The notes beneath the pieces are model-generated. The model ran no database searches. It was not told where the DNA came from and saw nothing but the letters and a program-made list of their open reading frames with translations. Source: a bacterium (Candidatus Blackallbacteria) CG13_big_fil_rev_8_21_14_2_50_49_14 (GTDB taxonomy: Bacteria > Cyanobacteriota > Sericytochromatia > UBA7694). Taken from it: a stretch of 64,000 bases of DNA. Location: assembly GCA_002783405.1 (NCBI GenBank), contig PFGG01000011.1, forward strand, positions 5,434-69,433, in the 5' to 3' direction. The number at the start of each line of letters is the position of its first letter. The stretch's first letter is position 1. Shown one piece after another: positions 35,462-45,398 of the stretch. The translations under genes were made by a program, and so were the position numbers.

Positions 35462-36562
35462 TTAACCCATGGGATCGGGGAGGTCATCCAATTCATCGAA
35501 ATTCCCGGGTTCATCATCCTCTTCACCCTCTGCCATTTCAAGCAGACTGGCTTCGACCACGGCCTGCATAATATCGTCATCCTCATTGCTGAGGAAACCT
35601 GAAAGGGTGGCAAAGACATCTTCATCCCAATGGGCAACCAAGGAAAGGGCTGCCTGTTTCTGAAGCAGCCAATGGGGGTCTTTGAGCGCTTCACGCAAGG
35701 CTTCACGTGCGTTTTCCTGCTGTTGCTGTTCACGCAAACCCAGGAGCGCATTGAGACGCCGCCCCCAGTCTTCATCTTCGCGCAAAACAGAAATCAAATA
35801 CGCATTGCCACGGGGATCTCCTGATTTTGCAAGCGAAACCGCAGCATTCAGACTCACGCGAGAATTTTCTGTCGACTCAAATACCCGCCACAAATCGTCG
35901 GCAGCTGTATCTTCCTGCAATTCGCCCAAAACCTTACAGGCTTCAATCACAACCAAATGTGAAGGGTCACTCAAACAGCGGATATAGATTTCAACATTTT
36001 CACCATCTGACATTCTGCCCAAGGAGCGTACGGCCATAGCACGCATGGCATCGGGTTCTTCAGAATCAATGATCCGCATCAGCACAGGGGCAACCCGCTG
36101 ATCGCCAATCGTTGCCAGTGCCCAGGCCGCAACCTGCTGGGTTTCAGCATCCTGAAGTAAATCTATCAGGGGTTGTACAGCACGAGAATCGCGCAGCTCA
36201 CCCAAAGCCATGGCTGCAGCATCCCGCACTTCAGGCGCTTCATCCTTGAGGGCCTCAATCAGAGGTTGAAGTGCCTGCACATCGCCAATTTCAGCCAAGG
36301 CCGCAGCCGCAACCTCGCGCAGACGGGGCTCCGGGTCATTCAAGCGCTTGAGCAAAAGTTCTGTCGCGCGTACTTCCTCAGATTTTCCCAGAAGCCAAAG
36401 CACCTCAAGAAAACCAGGATGATCAGCCGATTCTGCAGTTTCAAGCAGGGTATCAATGACCTCTGCGTCGATCATTTCCAGCAAAGAACGGGCAGCGACT
36501 TCCCTGACCTGTTCGTCCTCGTTCTCAAGCATGGATATAAAAACAGTCTGTAATTCATTCAT
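35462..36562 (-). CDS. HEAT-repeat protein (PBS-lyase-type repeats)
   Basis: Tandem ~31-aa repeats of the form 'LIDLLQD.D..VR..AA.ALG.IGD..AV..L' repeated at least 8 times. Confidence 0.75.
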   Translation of the reverse strand: MNELQTVFISMLENEDEQVREVAARSLLEMIDAEVIDTLLETAESADHPGFLEVLWLLGKSEEVRATELLLKRLNDPEPRLREVAAAALAEIGDVQALQPLIEALKDEAPEVRDAAAMALGELRDSRAVQPLIDLLQDAETQQVAAWALATIGDQRVAPVLMRIIDSEEPDAMRAMAVRSLGRMSDGENVEIYIRCLSDPSHLVVIEACKVLGELQEDTAADDLWRVFESTENSRVSLNAAVSLAKSGDPRGNAYLISVLREDEDWGRRLNALLGLREQQQQENAREALREALKDPHWLLQKQAALSLVAHWDEDVFATLSGFLSNEDDDIMQAVVEASLLEMAEGEEDDEPGNFDELDDLPDPMG

Positions 36563-36572
36563 GATTTAAGCT

Positions 36573-39500
36573 TCATTCTCCCTGCGCTTCATGAGCAGGC
36601 AGGGGAGGACGACGCAATTCAGGTCTGCGGGTCAAATCCGGCACAGGAGGAGGATTTTCTGCAAGCATCAGCAGAAGCTGCCGCAGGGCCTGCTCCAGTT
36701 GAGGATCTTGCCCGGCTTTATAATCATGGGGAGCATATTCTACTTCAATATCGGGATCGGTGCCGTAGTTTTCTACCTGCCAGCCCACATCATTGAACCA
36801 GAAAGAATATTCAGGCTGGGTGGTCAAACTGCCATCCACCAAACGGCCCTGGCTGTTAATGCCAATCACCCCACCCCAAGTGCGTTTACCGACCAGGGGG
36901 CCCAGCTTGAGCATTTTAAAGGAATGGCTGAAGATATCCCCATCAGAGCCCGCATTTTCATCTGTCAGGGCCAGCATGGGGCCTGCGACCGTATAGGAGG
37001 GAAAGGGTTCAGGCTCACCCCAACGGGGCAAATCATAGCCCAAACGGCGGCGAGATAGTTTATCCAGGAGCAGTTGCGAAACATGGCCGCCCCCATTGAA
37101 ACGCACATCGACCAAGAGGGCCGAATAATTGCACTCACTCAGGTAATAGCGGTGAAATTCAGCAAAACCAAAGGGCCCCATATCGGGAATATGTACATAG
37201 CCCACCTGGCCTTGGGACTGTTCATGCACCAGAGTACGGTTCTGTTCGACCCAATCCCGGTAACGGGCCAAGGTATCAGAATCCAAGGCATGCACCTGTA
37301 CCGTACGGGGATTCTCACCCCCAAAAGTCACCAGCACATCGGTTTTGGCCTGATTGACCAAGGCCTGCTCTGGGGTAAAGGTCTGGCTTAAAGCCTGCCC
37401 ATTGATTGCGGTGACAATCTCTCCGACCTTGGCATTGACCCCTGGTTTCGCCAAGGGGCCACCACGTTTGGCATCCCAATGATCGCCATGCACCAAATGG
37501 GTAATTCTGTAGCCATTCGCGGCTGAATCCCAGGCAAAATCGGCGCCCAAAAAGCCTTGGCTGTACTGAGGTTCGGTTCGGTAATCGCCGCCCATTTCAT
37601 AGGCGTGCGAAGTGCCTGTTTCACCTTGAACTTCCCAAAGCAAATCGGAAAACTCTGAACGGGAAGCCACTTTGTCCAGCAAAGGCAAATAACGATCCCG
37701 AACTTCTTCCCAATCAATCCCCGACATATTTTCAGTCCAGAAATGATCGCGCATTCTGCGCCAGGCATCGAGATACATTTGTTTCCACTCTAAAACAGGG
37801 ACAACGCCCAGCTTGATACGGTCTAAATCCAGCCAGCCTGATTTTTTGCCGGGTTTGCTGTCACTCAAGACCTTTTCAGCGGGTTTTTCAGCGGCGGGCA
37901 AAACCCGAAGCTTATTATCCACCCGCACCAAGAGCGATTTGTGATCCCCGGAAAGCTGAAAACTGTTGACCCCGTCCATAAAGACTTCTTCTTCACGGGT
38001 TTTGAGATTGAAAACCCGCAGGGTGCCACGAATTTTCACACTTTCTGACCAGTTCTGATCCAGGCTGCCATGCACGGGGTAGGTAATATAGAGCACTTTT
38101 CCGGGCAGGCCCAAGACCTTGCGGTAGCGGCCATCTTTAACAGGGAAGGCCACGATTCGATCGGCAATACCTTCAAGATCAATCTCAACCGGCTTGACCT
38201 TGGGCTGTTCTGCGTTGTCTTCGCCTTTTTCTTCGCCTTCAGGCTTGCTGTCTTTTTTCTCAACCAGCATCGCCGCATCGGGCTCAAAGGGAGAGCGCAA
38301 ATCCTTGCGCAGGGTCAGCAGGTAGGGACGCGTGCCATAGGGAAAGCCCAAGGCAAAATGCATTTCATCATAGGCTGGATTAAACTCACGGGTAGAAATA
38401 AAGTAAAGATATTTGCCTTCAGGATCAAAGCAGGGTGAAAAATCCTCAAGTACGGGACGGGTCACTTCCCAGCTATCTCCTGTTTCAAGCTGACAGAGCT
38501 TGATCACTGAAATCTGAGGGGCTTTGGAATAGGAATAGGCCAACCAACGCCCGTCGGGTGACCAGGCCGGCATGCCAATGCCATTGTGCTGAATGGTTTC
38601 GTCAATCAAACGGGTCGTTAAAGTATCCAAATCCACCACCATCAACTGACGGCGGTGATTGACCACAGCCACCTGGGCTGTAACGGGCGAAACCTGAACA
38701 TATTCAGGCCGTCCCAGAGAACGATCCGTGACCACTGCAGGAGGCTGAGAACCATCCAACCAATGGACTTCGACCTGCTCTTCACCGGAGGAATCCCCCA
38801 CCAGGATCATGCGTTTTTGGTCAGAGAGGTACTGTGCCACCCGGTAACGGGTGCCTTCGCGTTCGCCATGCTGCACCACAGCCCCCGCCCACAAAGGCAT
38901 GGAATAGGCCTTGCCACGGGTAATCACAGCAATAGAATGGCCTTCGGGATGCAAATGCTGGGCATTGAGGTATTTGCTGGGAGCCGCGAATTTACGGTTG
39001 GTCTGCACACGGGGACTGCGCCATTGGATCTCAACCTTTTCTGAAGTATCCTGTGCCAGATTCAGGCGGTAAATCTCTCCACCACATTGATAGACCAGAT
39101 TCTGCCCATCGCTGTGAGGAAAACGCACATAAAAGTCTTCATGGTGGGTATGGCGTTTCAAATCCTGTCCATCTAATTGCACAGAGTAGAGATTGCCCAC
39201 CCCCTCATGATCAGAGAGGAACCACAGGCGCTCAGCCAACCACAGGGGGGTCGCCAGATTGCCCTTGATTTCACGCAGAAAGGGTTCAAAGCCCCCCGTT
39301 CCCTGGCGATCCAGCCAGAAAACACCGGCAGTCCCCCCACGGTAACGCTTCCAACGGGCAGGATCCCAGGTATGGCGGCCAATCAGCATCCCGCCCTGAG
39401 GCCCCCAGACAATATGGTGGGCCATGCCATAATCCAGGCATTCGGGTTCACTGCCATCCAAGGGAACGGCAAAAAGCTCAACCATGCGCCGCAGAATCTG

Positions 39501-39824
39501 GCGATGCGATGAATTGCAGATCACGGCAGAGCTGTCAGGCTTCCAGCCTGAAACACGGGTGACCGCCGCACCGAAATAGGTCAAACGTCGGGGAGCGCCG
39601 CCTTCTGCAGGAATCACGTACACTTCCGGATGCCCTTCATCGGAACCAATATAGGCAATCCATTTTCCATCAGGAGAAAGCTGGGGACAGGAAATATGAC
39701 CCAGATCAGCAGTCAGGCGGGAAGCGGCCCCTCCTTCCAGAGGAACCGACCAAAGGTCGTCTTCACAGCCAAAAACAATCTGATTGCCTTGAACCGTGGG
39801 CCAGCGATAGTATCCATTTGTCAT
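36573..39824 (-). CDS. Tricorn protease homolog (beta-propeller + PDZ + S41 peptidase)
   Basis: 1083 aa. N-terminal 'WPTVQGNQIVFGCEDDLWSV' beta-propeller repeats with TolB-like 'SPDGKWIAY' motifs. C-terminal S41 catalytic region 'GPLVGKRTWGG'. It lies 11 bp upstream of the HEAT-repeat gene. Confidence 0.75.
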   Translation of the reverse strand: MTNGYYRWPTVQGNQIVFGCEDDLWSVPLEGGAASRLTADLGHISCPQLSPDGKWIAYIGSDEGHPEVYVIPAEGGAPRRLTYFGAAVTRVSGWKPDSSAVICNSSHRQILRRMVELFAVPLDGSEPECLDYGMAHHIVWGPQGGMLIGRHTWDPARWKRYRGGTAGVFWLDRQGTGGFEPFLREIKGNLATPLWLAERLWFLSDHEGVGNLYSVQLDGQDLKRHTHHEDFYVRFPHSDGQNLVYQCGGEIYRLNLAQDTSEKVEIQWRSPRVQTNRKFAAPSKYLNAQHLHPEGHSIAVITRGKAYSMPLWAGAVVQHGEREGTRYRVAQYLSDQKRMILVGDSSGEEQVEVHWLDGSQPPAVVTDRSLGRPEYVQVSPVTAQVAVVNHRRQLMVVDLDTLTTRLIDETIQHNGIGMPAWSPDGRWLAYSYSKAPQISVIKLCQLETGDSWEVTRPVLEDFSPCFDPEGKYLYFISTREFNPAYDEMHFALGFPYGTRPYLLTLRKDLRSPFEPDAAMLVEKKDSKPEGEEKGEDNAEQPKVKPVEIDLEGIADRIVAFPVKDGRYRKVLGLPGKVLYITYPVHGSLDQNWSESVKIRGTLRVFNLKTREEEVFMDGVNSFQLSGDHKSLLVRVDNKLRVLPAAEKPAEKVLSDSKPGKKSGWLDLDRIKLGVVPVLEWKQMYLDAWRRMRDHFWTENMSGIDWEEVRDRYLPLLDKVASRSEFSDLLWEVQGETGTSHAYEMGGDYRTEPQYSQGFLGADFAWDSAANGYRITHLVHGDHWDAKRGGPLAKPGVNAKVGEIVTAINGQALSQTFTPEQALVNQAKTDVLVTFGGENPRTVQVHALDSDTLARYRDWVEQNRTLVHEQSQGQVGYVHIPDMGPFGFAEFHRYYLSECNYSALLVDVRFNGGGHVSQLLLDKLSRRRLGYDLPRWGEPEPFPSYTVAGPMLALTDENAGSDGDIFSHSFKMLKLGPLVGKRTWGGVIGINSQGRLVDGSLTTQPEYSFWFNDVGWQVENYGTDPDIEVEYAPHDYKAGQDPQLEQALRQLLLMLAENPPPVPDLTRRPELRRPPLPAHEAQGE

Positions 39825-40060
39825 TTTGCTTACCTCATATCAGGATCGATGCCATTTCAAAGTGGACTTTAGATGCCCCTTGATGGAATATATCAGAATA
39901 CCATGCGCAGATGGTGGCTGCCCCACTTCAAGCGCAAGCCCTGAAAGCAGCCTGACTTTTTAGGCTGAGATCAGCAGTGATCGGGCCAGCCACAGGTTTC
40001 AGATGATACAATGCAATATCTACGCCGCAAGTTCCGAACCACTCTGAATGAGGTAGAATC

Positions 40061-42760
40061 ATGAAAAAAACCGCACTGACCCTTGGCATCCTGACTTGCT
40101 TAATGGGCTATCAACCTCTCATCTCACCGGCTTTTTCAGCCCCCCCTGCTGCCCCCCAATTTGTACGTGCCCACAAGGGAATTCAGGAATATACCCTTGC
40201 CAATGGCTTAAAAGTTTTGCTGGTTGAAAACCATGCTGCTCCCGTGGTCAGCACCCTGATCGTTTACCGCGTGGGCTCGCGCAACGAAGCCGTAGGCTAT
40301 ACCGGTTCTACCCACTTTTTAGAACATATGCTGTTTAAAGGCACGCCCACGTTTAATAAACAGAAAGGCACGCAGATTGCGCAAACCCTGCAATCACAAG
40401 GCGCACGTTTTAATGCCACCACCTGGCTGGATCGCACCAATTATTTTGAAACCCTGCCTGCGGATCAACTCGATCTGGCCCTGCGCCTGGAAGCCGATCG
40501 GATGCGCAATTCCTTTATCGCAGATGCTGACCGCCAGTCTGAAATGAGCGTGGTGCGCAATGAACTGGAAAGAGGCGAGAACAACCCGGATCGTGTCATG
40601 TGGCAACAGCTTTTCAGCCAGTCTTTTCTGGCCCACCCTTACCACCACCCCACAATTGGCTGGCGCAGCGATGTAGAAGGTGTGCCCACCGCCCGCTTGA
40701 AAAAGTTTTATCAGGATTTCTATTACCCCAATAACGCCACCCTGATTTTGGTAGGAGACTTTGAATCCAAAAAAGCGCTGGGCATGGTCAATCAACACTT
40801 TGGCCCCCTGGAAGCCTCCAAAGAGCCGATTCCTGAAGTCTATACCCAAGAACCGCCCCAGCAGGGTGAGCGGCGTTTTACCATTCAACGCCCCGGCACC
40901 TTGGGCATTGTCAATATGGGCTTTCACGTGCCCCCTCTGGCCCATGCCGACAGCTATGCCCTGGACGTGCTCGACGCGTTGCTGAGCAAAGGGGTCACCA
41001 GCCGTTTGCATCAAGCCCTGGTTGAAAAACAATTGGCTGTTTCAGCCAGCAGTTCCAATGTCCAATTGCGCGATCCTGGATTGTTTGTGGTCTCAGCTAA
41101 ACTGGCCTCTGGCACTCCCCATGAAAAAGGTGAAAAAGCCCTGTGGGCCGTGATCGAAAGTCTCCAAAAAACCCCCCCCAGCCAGGCTGAACTGGAGAAG
41201 GTCAAAGCCCAGATCAAAGCGCAATCGACCTTCAGCCGTCATGGCACACTTGAATTGGCCAGCGACCTGGGCGAATACGAAGCCATGGCTGATTGGCGCT
41301 ATATGGTCAGCTACCTCGACCAGATTGCAAAGGTCACACCCGCCGAAGTTCAACGGGTAGCCAAAACCTATTTTCAGCCCCAAAACCGCACAGTGGGTTG
41401 GTTTGTGCCCCAGGCCGCCAATGAGGTCAAAGTCAACCAGCACGATACCGTCTACCAGCAGGTTGCTGAAGATAAAAAGCAACAAAATCAAGCCACAGGG
41501 GAACGTCCTCCGGTGGAGCGCCTGCCCCTGGGCAAAGGCAGTCTGGTGATTCAGGAAAATCATCTGGACTCGACAGTGGCGATTCATGGCTCCATTCTGG
41601 CAGGCAGTGTCAATGACCCCGCAGGCAAATCAGGTTTGGCCATGCTGACTGCAGATATGCTGGATCAAGGGACAAAAAAGCATAAAAAATTAGAACTTGC
41701 GCAAAAACTTGAATCGATGGGCGCGAACCTGAGTTTTTCTTCCAGTCTGGAACGTGTCGAGTTTACCGGGCGCTGTCTGGCTGAGAATACCGATGCCACC
41801 CTCCATTTGCTCTTTGAAATGCTTCAGGAACCCACTTTCCCCGCCGATGAATTTGCAAAACTCAAAAAGCAGACGGTGGATCGGCTCAAACAACAGCTGG
41901 ACAATACAGACAGTCTGGCCCACAATCTGCTCTATACTTCACTCTACCCCAAAGGCCATCCCCATGCCGTCAGCATTGAAACTAAAATCAAAGAAATCGA
42001 AAAGCTCACGCTTGAAGATGTCAAAGCTTTTTACAAAAAGCACTACGGCAGCCAGGAAATGGTTTTAACCATCGTCGGCGATATTGAAGCCAAAGCCGTC
42101 AAAGAAAAAGCGCAGAAAGCGATTGCCCACTGGAAAGCTGACAACAGCGCCGCCATTCCTGTTCCTGATATCGCAGCCCAGGCCAAGGGGCAACGCGTGG
42201 TCAAAACACTCAAGGACAAGGCCAATGTTTCAATTGCCCTGGGTATTCAAACCGATCTTAAATTGGGAACCCCTGATTATTTCCCTGCGATCATTGCCAA
42301 TTTTGCCCTGGGTCAAAGCTCCCTGTCTTCACGGCTGGGGCTGCGTGTTCGCGATGAACTGGGCCTGACCTACGGCATTTTCTCGTATTTTTCAGATGCC
42401 GGCCGCAGTGCAGGCCCCTGGTTGATTGGAGTGACCACCAACCCTGTCAATGTCGAAAAAACAATCGCCTCCACACTGGAGGTAGTCGAAAAATACCGCA
42501 AAGAAGGCATCAGCGCACGTGAGCTGGAATTGGCAAAATCTGCCCTGATTGGCTCCTATCTGGTGGGGCTATCTACCAACCCCAGTCTGGCCGATCGGCT
42601 GACAGATATTGAATTTTTCAAACTGGGTGACGATTATATTCAAAAACGTCGCGAACAGATTCAGGCCGTGAGCCTGGAAGAAGTGAATGCTGCCATTCGC
42701 AAATACTTCACCCCAGACCGCCTCAATACCATTATTGTGGGCAATTATGAAGGAAAATAA
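40061..42760 (+). CDS. Double-length M16 (pitrilysin/insulinase) zinc peptidase with signal peptide
   Basis: Signal peptide 'MKKTALTLGILTCLMGYQPLISPAFSA'. Inverted zincin motif 'HFLEHMLFKGT' with downstream 'RNELERGE'. 899 aa, i.e. two M16 active/inactive domain pairs. Confidence 0.85.
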   Translation: MKKTALTLGILTCLMGYQPLISPAFSAPPAAPQFVRAHKGIQEYTLANGLKVLLVENHAAPVVSTLIVYRVGSRNEAVGYTGSTHFLEHMLFKGTPTFNKQKGTQIAQTLQSQGARFNATTWLDRTNYFETLPADQLDLALRLEADRMRNSFIADADRQSEMSVVRNELERGENNPDRVMWQQLFSQSFLAHPYHHPTIGWRSDVEGVPTARLKKFYQDFYYPNNATLILVGDFESKKALGMVNQHFGPLEASKEPIPEVYTQEPPQQGERRFTIQRPGTLGIVNMGFHVPPLAHADSYALDVLDALLSKGVTSRLHQALVEKQLAVSASSSNVQLRDPGLFVVSAKLASGTPHEKGEKALWAVIESLQKTPPSQAELEKVKAQIKAQSTFSRHGTLELASDLGEYEAMADWRYMVSYLDQIAKVTPAEVQRVAKTYFQPQNRTVGWFVPQAANEVKVNQHDTVYQQVAEDKKQQNQATGERPPVERLPLGKGSLVIQENHLDSTVAIHGSILAGSVNDPAGKSGLAMLTADMLDQGTKKHKKLELAQKLESMGANLSFSSSLERVEFTGRCLAENTDATLHLLFEMLQEPTFPADEFAKLKKQTVDRLKQQLDNTDSLAHNLLYTSLYPKGHPHAVSIETKIKEIEKLTLEDVKAFYKKHYGSQEMVLTIVGDIEAKAVKEKAQKAIAHWKADNSAAIPVPDIAAQAKGQRVVKTLKDKANVSIALGIQTDLKLGTPDYFPAIIANFALGQSSLSSRLGLRVRDELGLTYGIFSYFSDAGRSAGPWLIGVTTNPVNVEKTIASTLEVVEKYRKEGISARELELAKSALIGSYLVGLSTNPSLADRLTDIEFFKLGDDYIQKRREQIQAVSLEEVNAAIRKYFTPDRLNTIIVGNYEGK

Positions 42761-42764
42761 AAAC

Positions 42765-45389
42765 ATGAAGTATGCTTGTATTCAGGAAGAAGGGGGCGTT
42801 CAGGAATACCATTTAGCCAATGGCCTGAAGGTTCTGCTGGTTGAAAACAACTCGGCCCCCGTCGCCACAGTACTGGTCGTGTATAAGGTGGGTTCCCGCA
42901 ATGAAGCGGTTGGATTCACAGGCTCCACCCACTTTTTAGAACATATGCTTTTTCGCGGAACGCCCCGTTTCAACAAGAGCAAAGGCACGCAAATCGCCCA
43001 GATTCTGAGCAAAGAAGGGGCCAATTTCAACGCCACGACCTGGGTCGATCGTACCACCTACTATGAAACGGTTCCTGCTGAAAAACTGGAATTGGCACTT
43101 GAAATTGAAGCCGAGCGTATGCAGCATGCCTTTATCCGCGATGCCGACCGCCAGTCTGAAATGACCGTGGTGCGCAATGAACTGGAGCGGGATGAAAACG
43201 AGCCCGACAGCGTGATGTGGAAGAACCTGTTTGCCCAGGCCTTTTTAGCGCATCCCTATCACCACCCCACGATAGGCTGGCACAGCGATGTGGAAGGCGT
43301 TCCCACCGCACGCCTGAAGCAGTTTTACAAGGAATTTTATCATCCCAACAACGCCACCCTGATTGTGGTGGGTGATTTTCAAAACAGCAAGGCCCTGGAG
43401 CTGATCGACAAACATTTTGGCGCGATTCCGCCCTCCAAAAAACCGATCCCCCAGATGTATACCCAGGAATTTCCGCAACAGGGCGAGCGTCGCTTTAAAA
43501 TTCGTCGCCCCGGTCAATTGGGAATTGTACAAATGGCCTGGCATGTGCCCCCCCAAGAACATATCGACAGCCATGCCCTGGATGTGTTGCAGGATATTCT
43601 CTCTGAAGGCGTGAACAGCCGACTTTATCAAAAACTGGTCGAGACCCAAAAGACCGTCTATGCAGGTGCCTATAACCTGCAGTTGCGCGACCCCGGACTG
43701 TTTATCGTGCATGCCAAACTGGCCTCGGGCATTCAACACGCTGAAGTAGAAGCGGCCATGCTGGAGGTGCTCGAAGAACTTCAGAAAAAGGCCCCCAGTC
43801 GCAAAGAACTGGATCGTGTACGCAACCAAACCAAAGCCGCCTTTTCGTATAACCGCCACGGCACCATGCAATTGGCCAGTATGCTGGGAGAATTTGAAGC
43901 GACCGCCGACTGGAAATTCATGATGCACTACCTCGAAAATCTTGAAAAAGTCAAACCCGCTGATGTTCAGCGGGTGGCCCAGACCTATTTCAAATCAGAC
44001 AATTTGACCGTGGGTTGGTTTATTCCAGAAGAAGCAGAAGCCGTCGATGTCAATCTGCGCAGCCGCCAGGAAAGCCGCAAACCCACAGCCAAGAAAGCCA
44101 AGGCCCCTGCGCTTAAACGTGGAAAATCTGAGCTGGATCGCCAGGAATTCGCAAAGGGCTCCGTGATTCTGACCCAGGAAAATCATCTCGACAATACGGT
44201 TTCCATTCAAGGCAAATTTTTGGCGGGCACTATTTTTAACCCCTTGCAGAAACCGGGCTTGGCCGAACTGACTGCAGGCATGCTCAAAAAAGGCTCAGAA
44301 CGCTACGACAAGCTTGAATTGGCAGACGCCCTGGCACAAATGGGCTCTTCGCTGGACTTTCGACTGGGAACCGATCATGTCTCCTTTTCGATCCGCTGCC
44401 TGAGCGAACATGTCGAACCCACGCTCGCACTCTTGGAAGATTCACTGCTGCATCCGACCTTCCCGGCTGAAGAGTTCGAAAAGCTCAAAAAACAACGCAT
44501 GGATCGTCTATTGCAACGCCTCGATAGCACAGATGCCATGGCCTATGACTTGCTCTATCGCCATCTCTATCCGAAAGACCATCCCCTCTACCAACCCACG
44601 GTTGAGGAATTGATGCAGGCCACCGAAAAGCTCAGTTTAAAAGACGTGCAGGCCTTTTATAAAAAGCACTATGGCCGCAAAGGCATGATCGTGGCTGGGG
44701 TGGGTGATCTCGATGCCCGCAGCCTGCAAAACTGGTTGGGTCAGCGCTTTGGCAGTTGGAACGCCAAAAATCCATTGCCACCTGCGATAGCCGAAATTCC
44801 CCGGCAAAAACAGGGAGTTTGGTTGGCCCATCCCATGCCCGACAAAGCCAATGTCAGTATCTTTCTCGGACACCAGACCAGCCTGAATCGCCTTTCTCCA
44901 GATTTTTTCGCAGCCACTCTGGCCAACCAGGCTCTGGGCCAAAGCTCTTTGGCTTCACGCCTGGGCATTCGTATCCGCGATGAACTGGGTTTAACCTATG
45001 GCATTTATTCTTATTTCGCAGATATTGGGCGCAGTTCAGGCCCTTGGCTGCTCTCTGTCAGCACGCACCCCGACAATGTGCAGAAAACCCTGGCAGAAAC
45101 ACGCAAAGTGATTGAGGAATATCTCAAAGAGGGAATCAGCGCTCAGGAGCTGGAAGACGGAAAATCCAATCTGATTGGTTCCTATCTTGTGAATTTGGCG
45201 ACCCATCCTGAAATAGCCTACCGCCTGCTGCAATTGGAGCAATACCAGTTTGGTCTGGATTATTTCCAAAAGCGGGCAGGGCTGATTCGCAAAGTGACCC
45301 AGGCCCAAGTCAACAAAGCCCTGCGCAAGTATCTCCACCCCGAAAGCTGGAGTGTGGGCATTGCGGGCAATTATACCCTTGAGCAATAG
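42765..45389 (+). CDS. Second double-length M16 zinc peptidase (paralog, no signal peptide)
   Basis: 'HFLEHMLFRGT'. About 75% identical to the upstream paralog across the N-terminal domain. The ATG at 42765 sits 4 nt after the upstream stop with AAGGAAAA upstream. The track's 42687 start overlaps the upstream gene. Confidence 0.8.
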   Translation: MKYACIQEEGGVQEYHLANGLKVLLVENNSAPVATVLVVYKVGSRNEAVGFTGSTHFLEHMLFRGTPRFNKSKGTQIAQILSKEGANFNATTWVDRTTYYETVPAEKLELALEIEAERMQHAFIRDADRQSEMTVVRNELERDENEPDSVMWKNLFAQAFLAHPYHHPTIGWHSDVEGVPTARLKQFYKEFYHPNNATLIVVGDFQNSKALELIDKHFGAIPPSKKPIPQMYTQEFPQQGERRFKIRRPGQLGIVQMAWHVPPQEHIDSHALDVLQDILSEGVNSRLYQKLVETQKTVYAGAYNLQLRDPGLFIVHAKLASGIQHAEVEAAMLEVLEELQKKAPSRKELDRVRNQTKAAFSYNRHGTMQLASMLGEFEATADWKFMMHYLENLEKVKPADVQRVAQTYFKSDNLTVGWFIPEEAEAVDVNLRSRQESRKPTAKKAKAPALKRGKSELDRQEFAKGSVILTQENHLDNTVSIQGKFLAGTIFNPLQKPGLAELTAGMLKKGSERYDKLELADALAQMGSSLDFRLGTDHVSFSIRCLSEHVEPTLALLEDSLLHPTFPAEEFEKLKKQRMDRLLQRLDSTDAMAYDLLYRHLYPKDHPLYQPTVEELMQATEKLSLKDVQAFYKKHYGRKGMIVAGVGDLDARSLQNWLGQRFGSWNAKNPLPPAIAEIPRQKQGVWLAHPMPDKANVSIFLGHQTSLNRLSPDFFAATLANQALGQSSLASRLGIRIRDELGLTYGIYSYFADIGRSSGPWLLSVSTHPDNVQKTLAETRKVIEEYLKEGISAQELEDGKSNLIGSYLVNLATHPEIAYRLLQLEQYQFGLDYFQKRAGLIRKVTQAQVNKALRKYLHPESWSVGIAGNYTLEQ

Positions 45390-45398
45390 CAGAGGTGA

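Noticed and set aside
42687-42764. Upstream in-frame start for the second M16 peptidase (track ORF starts at 42687)
   Set aside because: It would overlap the first peptidase by 74 nt. The ATG at 42765 is preceded by a purine-rich RBS, and the paralog alignment begins at that Met.
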